Part shown: in pieces, positions 8,038 to 17,474 of the stretch
How positions within the stretch are numbered: the first letter of the stretch is position 1
Layout of the letters: each line of letters begins with the position of its first letter
Assembly (NCBI GenBank): GCA_043759675.1
Contig: JAYVLC010000009.1
Location: 1 to 31,328 of the forward strand
Reading direction: 5' to 3'
Length of the DNA stretch: 31,328 nucleotides
DNA from: Sphingosinicellaceae bacterium
Lineage (GTDB): Bacteria; Pseudomonadota; Alphaproteobacteria; Sphingomonadales; Sphingomonadaceae
The notes under the pieces: generated by a model
Told to the model about the DNA's origin: nothing
Database searches by the model: none
The model's input: only the letters and a program-made list of their open reading frames with translations
Program-made: the position numbers and the translations under genes

Positions 8038-9282
8038 TCAGGTCCGGTAATCGGCGTTGATCGAGATGTAGCCGTGGGTCAGGTCGCAGGTCCAGACGGT
8101 GGCACGGCCATCGCCGAGGCCGAGCGCGACACCGATGTCGATGTTGCTGCCGCGCAAATGTGCCGCGACCGGTGCTTCGTCATAGCCCTCGACAGCCAGG
8201 CCGTCTTTTGCAACCAGCGTGGTGCCGAAGCGGATCGCCAGCCGGTCGCGGTCGGCGGCTTCACCAGCTTTGCCGACGGCCATGACGACGCGGCCCCAAT
8301 TGGCGTCCTCGCCGGCCATCGCGGTCTTGACGAGCGGGGAGTTGGCGATGCTGAGCGCGATGGTCCGGGCGGCAGAGTCGGTTTCGGCGCCGTTGACGCT
8401 GATGGTGATGAATTTCGACGCGCCTTCACCGTCGCGGACGACCTGTTGCGCGAGCTCGCGGCACAGGTCGGTCAGCGCGGACTGGAAGGCATCGGCCCCG
8501 ACGCTGGACCAGCCCGCCAGCGGCGTGTTGGCAGCGGCACCGGTGGCAAAGGCGAGGACCGTGTCAGATGTTGACGTGTCACCATCGACGGTGATGCAGC
8601 TGAAACTCTGCTGGTTCGCGGCTGACAGCATGGTTTGCAGAAAGGCAGGTTCCACAGCTGCATCGGTGAAGATGAAGCCCAGCATCGTTGCCATGTCCGG
8701 CGCGATCATCCCGGACCCTTTAATGAAACCGACGAGATTGACGGTCATTCCATCCACAACCGCCTGCGTGACGGCGGCCTTGGGAAATGTGTCCGTCGTC
8801 ATGATCGTCGAGGCGGCATCTTCCCAGGTTGCGGTGCTGCCAGCGTTCAGCTTGGCAAAGGCCGAGGCGAGACCGGAGCGGGCCTTGTCGATCGGCAGTG
8901 GCACACCGATCACGCCAGTGGACGCGACAAACACCTGTTCCGCCGCGCAGCCAAGGGCGGCTCCGGCGGCGTCGAGAATGGCCTGAACCGCAGCGACGCC
9001 CTTGCCACCGGTGAAGGCGTTGGAATTACCTGCGTTGACGACCAGCGCCCGGGCCGAGCCGCCACCCAGCGCCCTGCGGCACCAGTCAACCTCGGGCGAG
9101 GGGCATTTGGATTGGGTCAGGACACCAGCCACAGTTGTACCGGGGATGAATTCCGCCAACGTGAGGTCCGTGCGCTCCCAGGCCTTGTAGCCGGCGCGGC
9201 TCACGGCCAGCCGAACCCCTGCGATATCGGGGAGATCGGGAAAGCGCGCTGGCGCCAGCGGGGAGCGGATGATTTCGGCCAT
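8038..9282 (-). CDS. argJ: Bifunctional ornithine acetyltransferase/N-acetylglutamate synthase ArgJ
   Basis: KGSGMIAPDMATML autocleavage motif, VDGDTSTSDT, DGEGASK, EDANWGRV, DLTHGYISINADYRT. Start set at MAEIIRSPLAP (ATG 9282) rather than 9408. Confidence 0.95.
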   Translation of the reverse strand: MAEIIRSPLAPARFPDLPDIAGVRLAVSRAGYKAWERTDLTLAEFIPGTTVAGVLTQSKCPSPEVDWCRRALGGGSARALVVNAGNSNAFTGGKGVAAVQAILDAAGAALGCAAEQVFVASTGVIGVPLPIDKARSGLASAFAKLNAGSTATWEDAASTIMTTDTFPKAAVTQAVVDGMTVNLVGFIKGSGMIAPDMATMLGFIFTDAAVEPAFLQTMLSAANQQSFSCITVDGDTSTSDTVLAFATGAAANTPLAGWSSVGADAFQSALTDLCRELAQQVVRDGEGASKFITISVNGAETDSAARTIALSIANSPLVKTAMAGEDANWGRVVMAVGKAGEAADRDRLAIRFGTTLVAKDGLAVEGYDEAPVAAHLRGSNIDIGVALGLGDGRATVWTCDLTHGYISINADYRT

Positions 9283-9339
9283 CGAAGCGCGATAGCACTG
9301 CCGCGTCGCCCAAGGTAGAGGGTCAATGGGCCACTTCAA

Positions 9340-9368
9340 TTGACTATCGGCCCCCTCGTCCCTAAATC
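9340..9368 (+). promoter_or_regulatory. Putative sigma70 promoter of secA
   Basis: TTGACT (9340-9345), N17, TAAATC (9363-9368); CCTAAATC resembles the Caulobacter-type GCTANAWC -10. Confidence 0.65.
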
Positions 9369-9417
9369 CCCGCGGTTCCTCGCGCGGGCGTTTGGCGCTC
9401 GCATTCAAGGTATTTAC

Positions 9418-12153
9418 ATGTCGATCTTCGGCGGCCTCGCCAAACGCATCTTCGGTTCATCCAATGACCGCTACGTCCGGTCGTTGCAGCCGCTCGTTCA
9501 GCGCATCAACGCACTGGAGCCCAATATCGAGGCCCTGACGGACGAGGAGCTGCGCGGTCAGACCGCGCTGTTCCGGGCGCGATTGGCCGAGGGCGAGACG
9601 CTTGATGATCTGATGCCCGAGGCGTTCGCCACGGTCCGCGAGGCATCGAAGCGGACGCTGGGTCAGCGCCACTATGATGTGCAGATGATCGGAGGGATCG
9701 TCCTGCACCGGGGCGAAATCGCCGAAATGCGCACCGGCGAAGGCAAGACGCTGGTGGCGACGCTCGCGGTGTACCTGAACGCGCTGGCCGGCAAGGGGAC
9801 CCATGTCGTTACGGTGAACGATTATCTGGCGCGGCGCGACTCCGCCTGGATGGGCCAGATCTACGGCTTTCTGGGGCTGTCGGTCGGGGTCATCGTCCCC
9901 GGCATCAATGACGAGGAGCGCCGCGAGGCTTATGCCTGCGACATCACCTATGGCACCAACAACGAGTTCGGCTTCGATTTCCTGCGCGACAATATGAAAT
10001 ATTCGCGCGAAGCGATGGTGCAGCGGCCATTCTTCTTCGCCGTGGTCGATGAGGTGGACTCGATCCTGATCGACGAGGCACGGACGCCGCTGATCATTTC
10101 GGGGCCGACCGAGGACAAGTCCGAGCTTTATATGACGGTTGATGCCGTGGTGAAGCAGCTTGATGAGGGTGATTGGGAGAAGGATGAGAAGGCCAAGTCG
10201 ATCATCCTGACCGAGGACGGCACCGAGAAGGTCGAACGGATGTTCGAGGCGGCTGGGATGCTCGAAGGTGAAAATCTGTATGACTTCGAGAACACCCAGA
10301 TCGTCCATCACCTCAATCAGGCGCTGCGCGCCAATGTGATGTTCAAGCGGGACATCGATTACATCGAACGCGACGGCAAGATCGTCATCATCGATGAATT
10401 CACCGGGCGCATGATGGACGGCAGGCGCTGGTCCGATGGCCTGCATCAGGCGGTCGAAGCCAAGGAGGGCGCCGCGATCCAGCCGGAGAACCAGACGCTG
10501 GCCAGCGTCACGTTCCAGAATTACTTCCGCATGTACCCCAAGCTTGGCGGCATGACGGGAACAGCGGCGACCGAGGCCGCCGAATTTTACGAAATCTACA
10601 AGCTGAATGTCGTCGAAATTCCGACCAACGTCGAGGTCAGGCGGATTGATGTCGACGACGAATTCTACAAAAACGAGAGCGACAAATTCGGGGCCATCGT
10701 CAAGTCAATCCGGGAGGCATCGCTGAAAGGCCAGCCGACCCTGGTCGGCACGGTGTCAATCGAGAAGTCGGAGCTTTTGTCCGAATATCTGAAGACGGAA
10801 AACGTCAAGCACAGCGTGCTGAACGCGCGCTTCCATGAGCAGGAGGCGCATATCGTCGCGCAGGCCGGGCGGCTGGGCGCGGTGACAATTGCGACCAACA
10901 TGGCGGGGCGCGGCACTGACATTCAGCTCGGTGGCAATTTCGATGCGCGCGTTGGAGACGAGCTGGCAGACTTAGCTCCGGGGCCGGAGCGCGATGCAGC
11001 GATCGAACGGATCAGGTCCGAAGTCCAGACCGAACGGGAGGCCGTGCGCGCGGCTGGCGGACTGTTCGTGCTCGGCACCGAGCGGCACGAGAGCCGCCGC
11101 ATCGACAATCAGCTGCGCGGTCGCTCGGGCCGGCAGGGGGATCCGGGCCTATCTCGCTTTTACCTAAGCTTGGATGATGACCTGCTGCGGATCTTTGGCC
11201 AGCAGAATATGCTGAGCCGGCTGATGAATTCCGGGCTTGAGGAGGGTGAAGCGATTATCCACCCGTGGATTTCGAAGGCGATTGAGACGGCGCAGAAAAA
11301 GGTTGAGGCGCGAAACTACGAGGTCCGCAAACAGCTGCTGCAATATGATGATGTGATGAATGACCAGCGCAAGGTCATTTATGAACAGCGCGCCGATGTG
11401 ATGGATTCGGACACCGTCGGTGATGTGGTGGCCGATATGCGCACTGAGACGGTCAATGAGCTGGTCGCTGCGCATTGTCCGCAGAATGCCTATCCCGAGC
11501 AATGGGATGCTGATGGCCTGAAGGCCGGATTGGCACAGACCTTCGCGCTCGACCTGCCGATCGAGGCCTGGGTCAAGGAAGAGGCGGTTGATCAGGAAAA
11601 CTTCATCGAGCGGATTGATGCGGCAGCCAATGACGCCATGGCCGCCAAGGCTGCGGAGATTCCGCCCGAGACCTGGATTCAGATCGAGAAGAATTTCATG
11701 CTTCAGGCGATCGACCACCACTGGAAGGAGCATCTGTCGACACTGGATGCCCTGCGCGCGGTCATCCATCTGCGCGCCTATGCGCAGAAGACCCCGCTCA
11801 ATGAGTATAAGCAGGAGGCATTTGCGCTGTTCGAGCGTCTTCTCGGCCAGATCCGGGAGGATGTAACGCGGATGCTGTCAGTGGCGCAGTTCCAGATGAC
11901 CCCGCCCGAGCCGGCCTATAATCCGCAAGGATTTGTCACCACGCACCTCGACCCCATGACAGGTGAAAATGAGGCGGCCTTTGGTAGCGGGCTGTCCGGT
12001 ATGCCGATGCCGGCGGCGCTCCCGCCTCCCGAACAATATGGCCCGGGGTTTGATCCGCAGAACGTCGAGAGCTGGACCCGCAGCGTCAGCCGCAATCAGC
12101 CTTGCCCGTGCGGGACGGGCAGAAAATTCAAACACTGCCACGGGGCTTTGTAG
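9418..12153 (+). CDS. secA: Preprotein translocase ATPase SecA
   Basis: [50 protein letters not shown], and C-terminal SEC-C motif [18 protein letters not shown]. Start ATG 9418. Confidence 0.98.
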   Translation: MSIFGGLAKRIFGSSNDRYVRSLQPLVQRINALEPNIEALTDEELRGQTALFRARLAEGETLDDLMPEAFATVREASKRTLGQRHYDVQMIGGIVLHRGEIAEMRTGEGKTLVATLAVYLNALAGKGTHVVTVNDYLARRDSAWMGQIYGFLGLSVGVIVPGINDEERREAYACDITYGTNNEFGFDFLRDNMKYSREAMVQRPFFFAVVDEVDSILIDEARTPLIISGPTEDKSELYMTVDAVVKQLDEGDWEKDEKAKSIILTEDGTEKVERMFEAAGMLEGENLYDFENTQIVHHLNQALRANVMFKRDIDYIERDGKIVIIDEFTGRMMDGRRWSDGLHQAVEAKEGAAIQPENQTLASVTFQNYFRMYPKLGGMTGTAATEAAEFYEIYKLNVVEIPTNVEVRRIDVDDEFYKNESDKFGAIVKSIREASLKGQPTLVGTVSIEKSELLSEYLKTENVKHSVLNARFHEQEAHIVAQAGRLGAVTIATNMAGRGTDIQLGGNFDARVGDELADLAPGPERDAAIERIRSEVQTEREAVRAAGGLFVLGTERHESRRIDNQLRGRSGRQGDPGLSRFYLSLDDDLLRIFGQQNMLSRLMNSGLEEGEAIIHPWISKAIETAQKKVEARNYEVRKQLLQYDDVMNDQRKVIYEQRADVMDSDTVGDVVADMRTETVNELVAAHCPQNAYPEQWDADGLKAGLAQTFALDLPIEAWVKEEAVDQENFIERIDAAANDAMAAKAAEIPPETWIQIEKNFMLQAIDHHWKEHLSTLDALRAVIHLRAYAQKTPLNEYKQEAFALFERLLGQIREDVTRMLSVAQFQMTPPEPAYNPQGFVTTHLDPMTGENEAAFGSGLSGMPMPAALPPPEQYGPGFDPQNVESWTRSVSRNQPCPCGTGRKFKHCHGAL

Positions 12154-12157
12154 CGGC

Positions 12158-12201
12158 GTGACACCTGGCCGAATGTTGGCTATATGATGGCCAACATTCG
12201 G
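12158..12201 (+). promoter_or_regulatory. Toxin-antitoxin promoter with palindromic operator
   Basis: GTGACA (12158-12163), N17, TATATG (12181-12186). A perfect 12-bp inverted repeat, CCGAATGTTGGC (12169-12180)/GCCAACATTCGG (12190-12201), flanks the -10. Confidence 0.75.
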
Positions 12202-12209
12202 AGACGGTG

Positions 12210-12470
12210 ATGGCGAGCTATAGCATTGCGGAGGCAAAAAACCGGTTTTCGGCGCTCATTGATGCTGCCGAGCGTGGTGAGGAGGTCGAGATCACCCGCT
12301 ATGGACGGCCGGTCGTCGCAATCGTGCCTAGCGGCCATGCGCACCACCTGCCGCCAAAGACAACGACGTGGGAGTCAATCCAGCGCATCCGTGACAAATT
12401 CGCTGACTGTGGGGTCGCAAACATTAACGGTGTCGCTCTGGTCGAGCAGGGCCGGGAAGAAGACTGGTGA
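12210..12470 (+). CDS. Phd/YefM-family (prevent-host-death) antitoxin
   Basis: MASYSIAEAKNRFSALIDAAERGEEVEITRYGRPV N-terminal signature; GGAG RBS; GTGA overlap with the PIN toxin. Confidence 0.88.
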   Translation: MASYSIAEAKNRFSALIDAAERGEEVEITRYGRPVVAIVPSGHAHHLPPKTTTWESIQRIRDKFADCGVANINGVALVEQGREEDW

Positions 12471-12901
12471 CCTATTTCGACGCAAGCGCCTTTGTGTCGT
12501 TCTTCCTAGGAGATGTGCACAGCGATGGCGTTAGGGCGTTTGTCGAGCGGCAGCCTAGCGTCGTGATCAGCGACCTGACGTTGATCGAATTTGCTTCCGC
12601 CGTGTCCCGGGCCGTCAGAACCCGACGCCTGAGCCCGGCACGGGGTCAGGAGTTGCTGCTCGATGTCGATGTATGGGCGTTGAACGAAGCGATCCGGTTC
12701 GACATCTCGACTGCGGACATTCGCGTTGCCGATAGGCATGTCCGCCAGTTCGACCTCGGCCTGCGGCCACCCGATGCAATCCATATCGCCATATGTCAGA
12801 GGCTTGGCCTCGCGCTGGCGACGTGCGATGACACGCAGGCGAACGCGGCGCGGGTGCTGGGTGTCGGTGTGATCAATCTGTCTGCGGGGGCAATCCCATG
12901 A
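12467..12901 (+). CDS. vapC: VapC-family PIN-domain ribonuclease toxin
   Basis: YFDASA, IEFASA, LRPPDAIHIA and LATCD give the acidic PIN active-site residues; 144 aa, directly after the antitoxin. Confidence 0.88.
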   Translation: MTYFDASAFVSFFLGDVHSDGVRAFVERQPSVVISDLTLIEFASAVSRAVRTRRLSPARGQELLLDVDVWALNEAIRFDISTADIRVADRHVRQFDLGLRPPDAIHIAICQRLGLALATCDDTQANAARVLGVGVINLSAGAIP

Positions 12902-14166
12902 AGTTCACTGTCGCAATGTTGACGGCGCTGCTTGCCGCCGCTGCCCACGCCGACACGGTCGTCGTCACCGCAGACCGGATGGTCGACGTGGTTGCGGGGC
13001 GCATGGTGGAGAAGCCTGTCGTTGTGATCACCGATGGGCGGATCGTATCGGTCGGGACGCAGGGAGCGGCGATACCCGCGGGCGCTCGGCGGGTTGACCT
13101 GCCGGGGATGACGCTGCTGCCGGGCCTCATCGACATGCATGTCCACCTGACCAGTCTGGCCGAGATTGGCGGCTATCGGCGACTGGAGTTCACCGACAGT
13201 TTCTGGACCGCAGTTGGTGTTGCGAACGCCAGGAAGACACTTGATGCCGGGTTCACCACGGTGCGCAATGTCGGCGCGTCGGACTTCGGGGATGTCGCGT
13301 TGCGGCAGGCGATTGATGGCGGCTGGATTCCGGGGCCGCGCGTCGTGACGGCGACCTGGGCTATCGGCGCAACCGGTGGCCACTGCGACGACACCGGACT
13401 GCCACCGTCCTATGATTATAAGGCGGTGTCGCAGGTCGACAGCCCTGATGCGGGACGGGCCAAGGTTCGCTGGCTGAAAAAATACGGCGCACAAGTCATT
13501 AAAATCTGTGCGACGGGCGGGGTGTTCTCGCTCGGCGACGCGGTTGGGGCCCAACAGCTAACTGTCGAGGAAATGCGCGCCATCGTCGATGAAGCGCATA
13601 TGGCCGACATGAAGGTCGCCGCCCACGCCCATGGCGACGAAGGCATACGGGCGGCGATCAAGGCCGGAGTCGACACCATCGAACATGCAAGCCTTGCCAG
13701 CGATGCCGCGATTGCCGAGGCGAAGAAGGCGGGCACCTGGTTCTCCATGGACGTCTATAATGACGACTATATTCTGGCGACCGGCACCAGCAACGGCACG
13801 TTGCCCGAGAGTCTCGCCAAGGAAAAAGAGATCGGCCTGAAGCAGCGCCAGACCTTTCAGCGCGCCGTCAGGGCCGGCGTGAAGATGGTGTTCGGCAGTG
13901 ATGCCGGTGTTTACCCCCACGGCGACAATGGCCGACAGTTCGCCAAGATGGTCGAATGGGGCATGACCCCGATTCAGGCAATCCAGGCGGCAACTGTCAG
14001 TGCCGGGGAAGCACTGGGCCGGTCAAAGGATGTCGGTGCGATTGAGGCGGGCCGCTGGGGCGACATGATCGCCGTTGCGGGTGACCCGCTGGCCGATGTG
14101 CGGGTGCTGGAGACCGTGCCATTCGTCATGAAGGGCGGCGTGGTGGAGAAGACGTCGGCGAAATAG
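12898..14166 (+). CDS. Secreted metal-dependent amidohydrolase (COG1228; Xaa-Pro dipeptidase/carboxypeptidase-like)
   Basis: Signal peptide MKFTVAMLTALLAAAAHA; PGLIDMHVH, IKICATGG (carbamylated Lys position), AHAHG, IEH and FGSDAG. Confidence 0.85.
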   Translation: MKFTVAMLTALLAAAAHADTVVVTADRMVDVVAGRMVEKPVVVITDGRIVSVGTQGAAIPAGARRVDLPGMTLLPGLIDMHVHLTSLAEIGGYRRLEFTDSFWTAVGVANARKTLDAGFTTVRNVGASDFGDVALRQAIDGGWIPGPRVVTATWAIGATGGHCDDTGLPPSYDYKAVSQVDSPDAGRAKVRWLKKYGAQVIKICATGGVFSLGDAVGAQQLTVEEMRAIVDEAHMADMKVAAHAHGDEGIRAAIKAGVDTIEHASLASDAAIAEAKKAGTWFSMDVYNDDYILATGTSNGTLPESLAKEKEIGLKQRQTFQRAVRAGVKMVFGSDAGVYPHGDNGRQFAKMVEWGMTPIQAIQAATVSAGEALGRSKDVGAIEAGRWGDMIAVAGDPLADVRVLETVPFVMKGGVVEKTSAK

Positions 14167-14173
14167 CTGCCGA

Positions 14174-15481
14174 CTAAACGTTCGATCCCACCATCTCCGG
14201 CCAGTCGGGCAGGGCCAGTTTGACGGGCTTGCCATCCAATGTGGTGGCGAGGTGGAGGAGGAAGCTGGCGATGCCGGCGGCGCCTTGCATGTAGCCGGTC
14301 TGGGCCTCGACAAAGTCGGGGCGGTCGCGGTGTTCGGCCTGGACCCAGTGGCGCTGGTCGTCGTGCAAGACGCTCGCACCCAGAATAACGTCGGCGCACC
14401 GTCTGGCCAGGTCCAGATATCGCGTCTCGCCAGTCCGGCTGGCCAGCAGTAGCGCGAACTCGCCAATGCCGGCATCGCCGCAGCACTGGCCATAGTTGTT
14501 CCAAAGTCCGACCGACCGGGCTTCGGGTGCGCCGAGTGCCTCAAGCCCGCGCACGAGGGCTTTGGCGTGACCGAGCCAGGCCGCTTCGCCGGTGATGTCA
14601 GACAGCTCGAGGAACAGGCGACCGGTGCCAGCGGGGCCGTGGCACTGGCCAAGATAAAAGATCGGGTCGGCGGCTTCTTCGGTGCGGCAAACAAGGCAGC
14701 CGTCGCCGACCGGGGTGGCGCGGCTCAGCACATAGCGCGCGGCCTCGCACGCGGCGTGGAGGAAGCGGCGGTCGCCGGTGGCGCGAAAAAGCTGTGCCAT
14801 CAGATAGCCGACGCCTGCCCCGCCGTGGGCGAAGTTCGGGGTGGTGAAGGGGAAGGGCATGTCTGACATCAGCCGCCAGCGCAGGCCATCGGGATCACTT
14901 TCGGCGACGTCGAGCAAGCGGTCTCCGGTCGCCACGGCCCAGGCAAGCGCCTCGGGATGGAGGCCAGCCCGGTGCGCGTGGAGCATCACCAGGGCAGCCC
15001 CTGCGGATCCGACCGATTGATCATAGATTTCCCGGTCCCCGGTGAAGCCCGTGATGTCGGAAAACGGCATCGGCTCAATCCAGCCAAGGCCTTGGCCAAA
15101 TTCAGTGGCCTGCGCCCGCAGCCGGGCCAGACAGTCCCCGGCCAATGCCAGAAAGTCTTCGCGGCCACTGACCCGGCCAACTTCCCCCAAAGCAAAGGCA
15201 TAGCCGGGCCAGCCGGTGGCAACGCTGACCGACAGCCAGTCGGTTCGGGAAAGGTAAGCCGCGATTTCGTCGCCCGCCGCGACTGCCTGACTAAGCCGTT
15301 CGGCGTCGCCGGTGGCCGCATGCATTTCGAGCAGCAACAACAGGATGCCAGCCGAGCCATGGTACAGGCTGCGGTCGCGCCGGTCAGACCCGGCAGCGCG
15401 CCGCCAGCGCGCAGTGTCAGGCAGTCGCTGGGCACCGATAAAGTTGGCGGCCTGCCCGGCGGCCTCCAAATATTTGCTCAT
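14174..15481 (-). CDS. Lanthionine synthetase C-like (LanC/LanCL) protein, standalone
   Basis: Seven GxxG helix-hairpin motifs (YHGSAG, ATGWPG, SVGSAG, AHGGAG, CHGPAG, CCGDAG, MQGAAG) typical of the LanC alpha/alpha toroid; catalytic His and Zn-ligand positions retained. Confidence 0.82.
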   Translation of the reverse strand: MSKYLEAAGQAANFIGAQRLPDTARWRRAAGSDRRDRSLYHGSAGILLLLLEMHAATGDAERLSQAVAAGDEIAAYLSRTDWLSVSVATGWPGYAFALGEVGRVSGREDFLALAGDCLARLRAQATEFGQGLGWIEPMPFSDITGFTGDREIYDQSVGSAGAALVMLHAHRAGLHPEALAWAVATGDRLLDVAESDPDGLRWRLMSDMPFPFTTPNFAHGGAGVGYLMAQLFRATGDRRFLHAACEAARYVLSRATPVGDGCLVCRTEEAADPIFYLGQCHGPAGTGRLFLELSDITGEAAWLGHAKALVRGLEALGAPEARSVGLWNNYGQCCGDAGIGEFALLLASRTGETRYLDLARRCADVILGASVLHDDQRHWVQAEHRDRPDFVEAQTGYMQGAAGIASFLLHLATTLDGKPVKLALPDWPEMVGSNV

Positions 15482-16884
15482 GCGGCAGCACTTTCATCAT
15501 CATTTGCATCGGCCGGACGGGCGACCGTCCAGCCGCCGGGTCGGCGTGCCAGCACCAGTTCGTGGTAAAGCAGCGCGACGACGACGAGGGCGATCACCAG
15601 GAATTCGCCCGGCCGTCCCGTTTCGGTGTCGCGCCACGCAAGAACGGCGAGCCAGGCGGCCCCGATGAAGCTGAGAATGTGCGTGAGCGGATAAAGCGGC
15701 GCGCGGTAGGTGCCGGGGAGACCGGTCAGCTTGCGCCGCCGCCCGATCAGGCCACCGAGATTGAGGCCGGTCCAGCCGACGATGCCGAGCGCCGCCGCGA
15801 TGATGACGAGCACCCTGAGGCCAAGAAAGCAGAAGGCCATTGCGACAAGGCCGACCGCCAGCGTCGCGACCCAGGGGGAGTTCAGGCGCGGATGCAGCCG
15901 GACCAGTGCCGTGTTGACCGGCTGCGACCAGATCCGGTCGCGGCCCGAGCTGAAGGCAAAACGCCCATAGCAGATGATCCCGGCGAGATTGGCGTTGAAG
16001 ATCGCAGCGGCAATGGCAAGGCTGGTGATCGTCGCAACCGCGGGCGAGGCGCGCTCTGCAATGAAGGCTGCAAAGGGCGATTCAGCGGCGAGGATGGTTG
16101 GCAGGTCGCTCGCCCCGATAACCAGCCCGAGCACTGGCAGCAGCATTGTCGAAATGGCGATCAGCGAGATGATGATGATCAGTCGCCCGACCTGGACCGG
16201 ATTGTGTAGCTCTTCGCTGAAATAGACGGATTGCCCAGCCCCGCTGGTTGCCCAGGACGCCGAGGTGACCGCGACCGCGAGAACACCGAACGACACTGGC
16301 TCGGCCAGCCCGGCGGTGAAATGGATCGGCGACACCAGCACCTCCGCCAGTCCGCGCACAGGCTCGGCAAAGCCAAGTCCGCTGACCAGCGCCAGCGCCG
16401 CCAGTTCGATCGCCAGGAACAGGCCGGTGATGATCGCTCCGGTGCGGACGTTGAGCATGGCGCACCCGGTCGACAGGGCCAGCGCCGCGAGGGCAGTGGG
16501 AACCGCCGGGAGGTCGGGGATGACGACGCGCAGATACAAGGCAATGCCCGTCGCGGTCAGCGCAAGGAATACCGGTGCGCCGAGCAGGGTGAGGCAAAAG
16601 CTGACAAACCCCCAACGTGGCCCGAGCGTGTTGCCGATCATGGCATAGTCGCCGCCCGCGGTCGGGAAGGATGATCCGAGTTCAGCCTGGGCAAAGGTGA
16701 ATATCAACGTCAGCCCGCCGCCGAGCAGGAACGCCAGCGCCACACCCGTTCCGGCCTGATGAGTGATGTCCGCACCGGCGATGAAAACTGATGCGGCCGG
16801 TGACAGGGTCGAAAGCGTCAGCAGCGCTACGGCCACCGGCCCCAAACTCCGCCGCAATGATCCGGTCGCCGGTGTCTCTGCCAT
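15478..16884 (-). CDS. APC-superfamily amino acid/polyamine permease
   Basis: LRRSLG N-terminal motif, AELGSSFPTAGGDY, YFSEEL, RFAFSSGRD, HPRLNSPW; about 12 hydrophobic segments; ATGA overlap with the LanC-like gene. Confidence 0.88.
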   Translation of the reverse strand: MAETPATGSLRRSLGPVAVALLTLSTLSPAASVFIAGADITHQAGTGVALAFLLGGGLTLIFTFAQAELGSSFPTAGGDYAMIGNTLGPRWGFVSFCLTLLGAPVFLALTATGIALYLRVVIPDLPAVPTALAALALSTGCAMLNVRTGAIITGLFLAIELAALALVSGLGFAEPVRGLAEVLVSPIHFTAGLAEPVSFGVLAVAVTSASWATSGAGQSVYFSEELHNPVQVGRLIIIISLIAISTMLLPVLGLVIGASDLPTILAAESPFAAFIAERASPAVATITSLAIAAAIFNANLAGIICYGRFAFSSGRDRIWSQPVNTALVRLHPRLNSPWVATLAVGLVAMAFCFLGLRVLVIIAAALGIVGWTGLNLGGLIGRRRKLTGLPGTYRAPLYPLTHILSFIGAAWLAVLAWRDTETGRPGEFLVIALVVVALLYHELVLARRPGGWTVARPADANDDESAAA

Positions 16885-17120
16885 GATATTTGCCCCCGTC
16901 CCCGGGCCGGATAAGGTGGCAGCCGTACCGGGATGTCAACTGCCCGGATTGATCAGTCGCTGGTCCGAAGTGGCGCGGCGGCAATCAGGGTCACAGTCGG
17001 GGCGGTGGCACCGCAACGGGGGTACCCGCGAATTAAATGGCAATTTGTTGTTAACTATGTAGCCTGCCGCGCGGGGGGGTAGTCCCCCGGACCAGATTGG
17101 TCAAAACAGAGGGGAAGACC

Positions 17121-17465
17121 ATGAACAAGATATCGTCCGTATCGGGGCTTGTTGCGTTGTTGCTTGCTGTTGTCGCGGCATTTATCGCCATTCCGCAATT
17201 GGATGTCGCAGCGGCTCTCGTTGGGCTGGGGATCGTTGCCGGTCTGTCCTATACCGAAGATCGGTTGCATGGGTTGCTTCTTGCTGTGTTGGCCTATCCG
17301 GTTGTGTCAGCAGCCGTGACCCAGATCCCCGTCGCCGGGGTCAATCTCGGCAAAATTGCAACCAATGTCGGCCTCGTTGCGGCGGGCGTTGGAGCGACCG
17401 TGCTCACGGTGCGCCTGATCGCGATCATGAAGGCAAATGTTGGCACGTTGACCGGCAAAGCCTGA
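17121..17465 (+). CDS. Hypothetical integral membrane protein (114 aa)
   Basis: GAGGGGAAG RBS before ATG 17121, 3-4 hydrophobic segments, followed by a GC-rich hairpin. Confidence 0.75.
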   Translation: MNKISSVSGLVALLLAVVAAFIAIPQLDVAAALVGLGIVAGLSYTEDRLHGLLLAVLAYPVVSAAVTQIPVAGVNLGKIATNVGLVAAGVGATVLTVRLIAIMKANVGTLTGKA

Positions 17466-17474
17466 ATTTCGGTG

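Noticed and set aside
9283-9417. Longer ORF-track starts for argJ (9408) and secA (9340)
   Set aside because: They would overlap each other and the secA promoter; family-like N-termini begin at 9282 and 9418.
16909-16939. Perfect TTGACA on the minus strand (16934-16939) upstream of the permease
   Set aside because: No convincing -10 at 16-18 nt spacing, so not listed as a promoter.
17033-17055. Possible CtrA box (two TTAA motifs)
   Set aside because: Spacing is 14 nt rather than 7; only a half-site matches.
17055-17270. Short minus-strand ORFs upstream of the permease as a possible LanA precursor
   Set aside because: Shadow of the 17121-17465 membrane protein gene; no leader motif or Ser/Thr/Cys-rich core.
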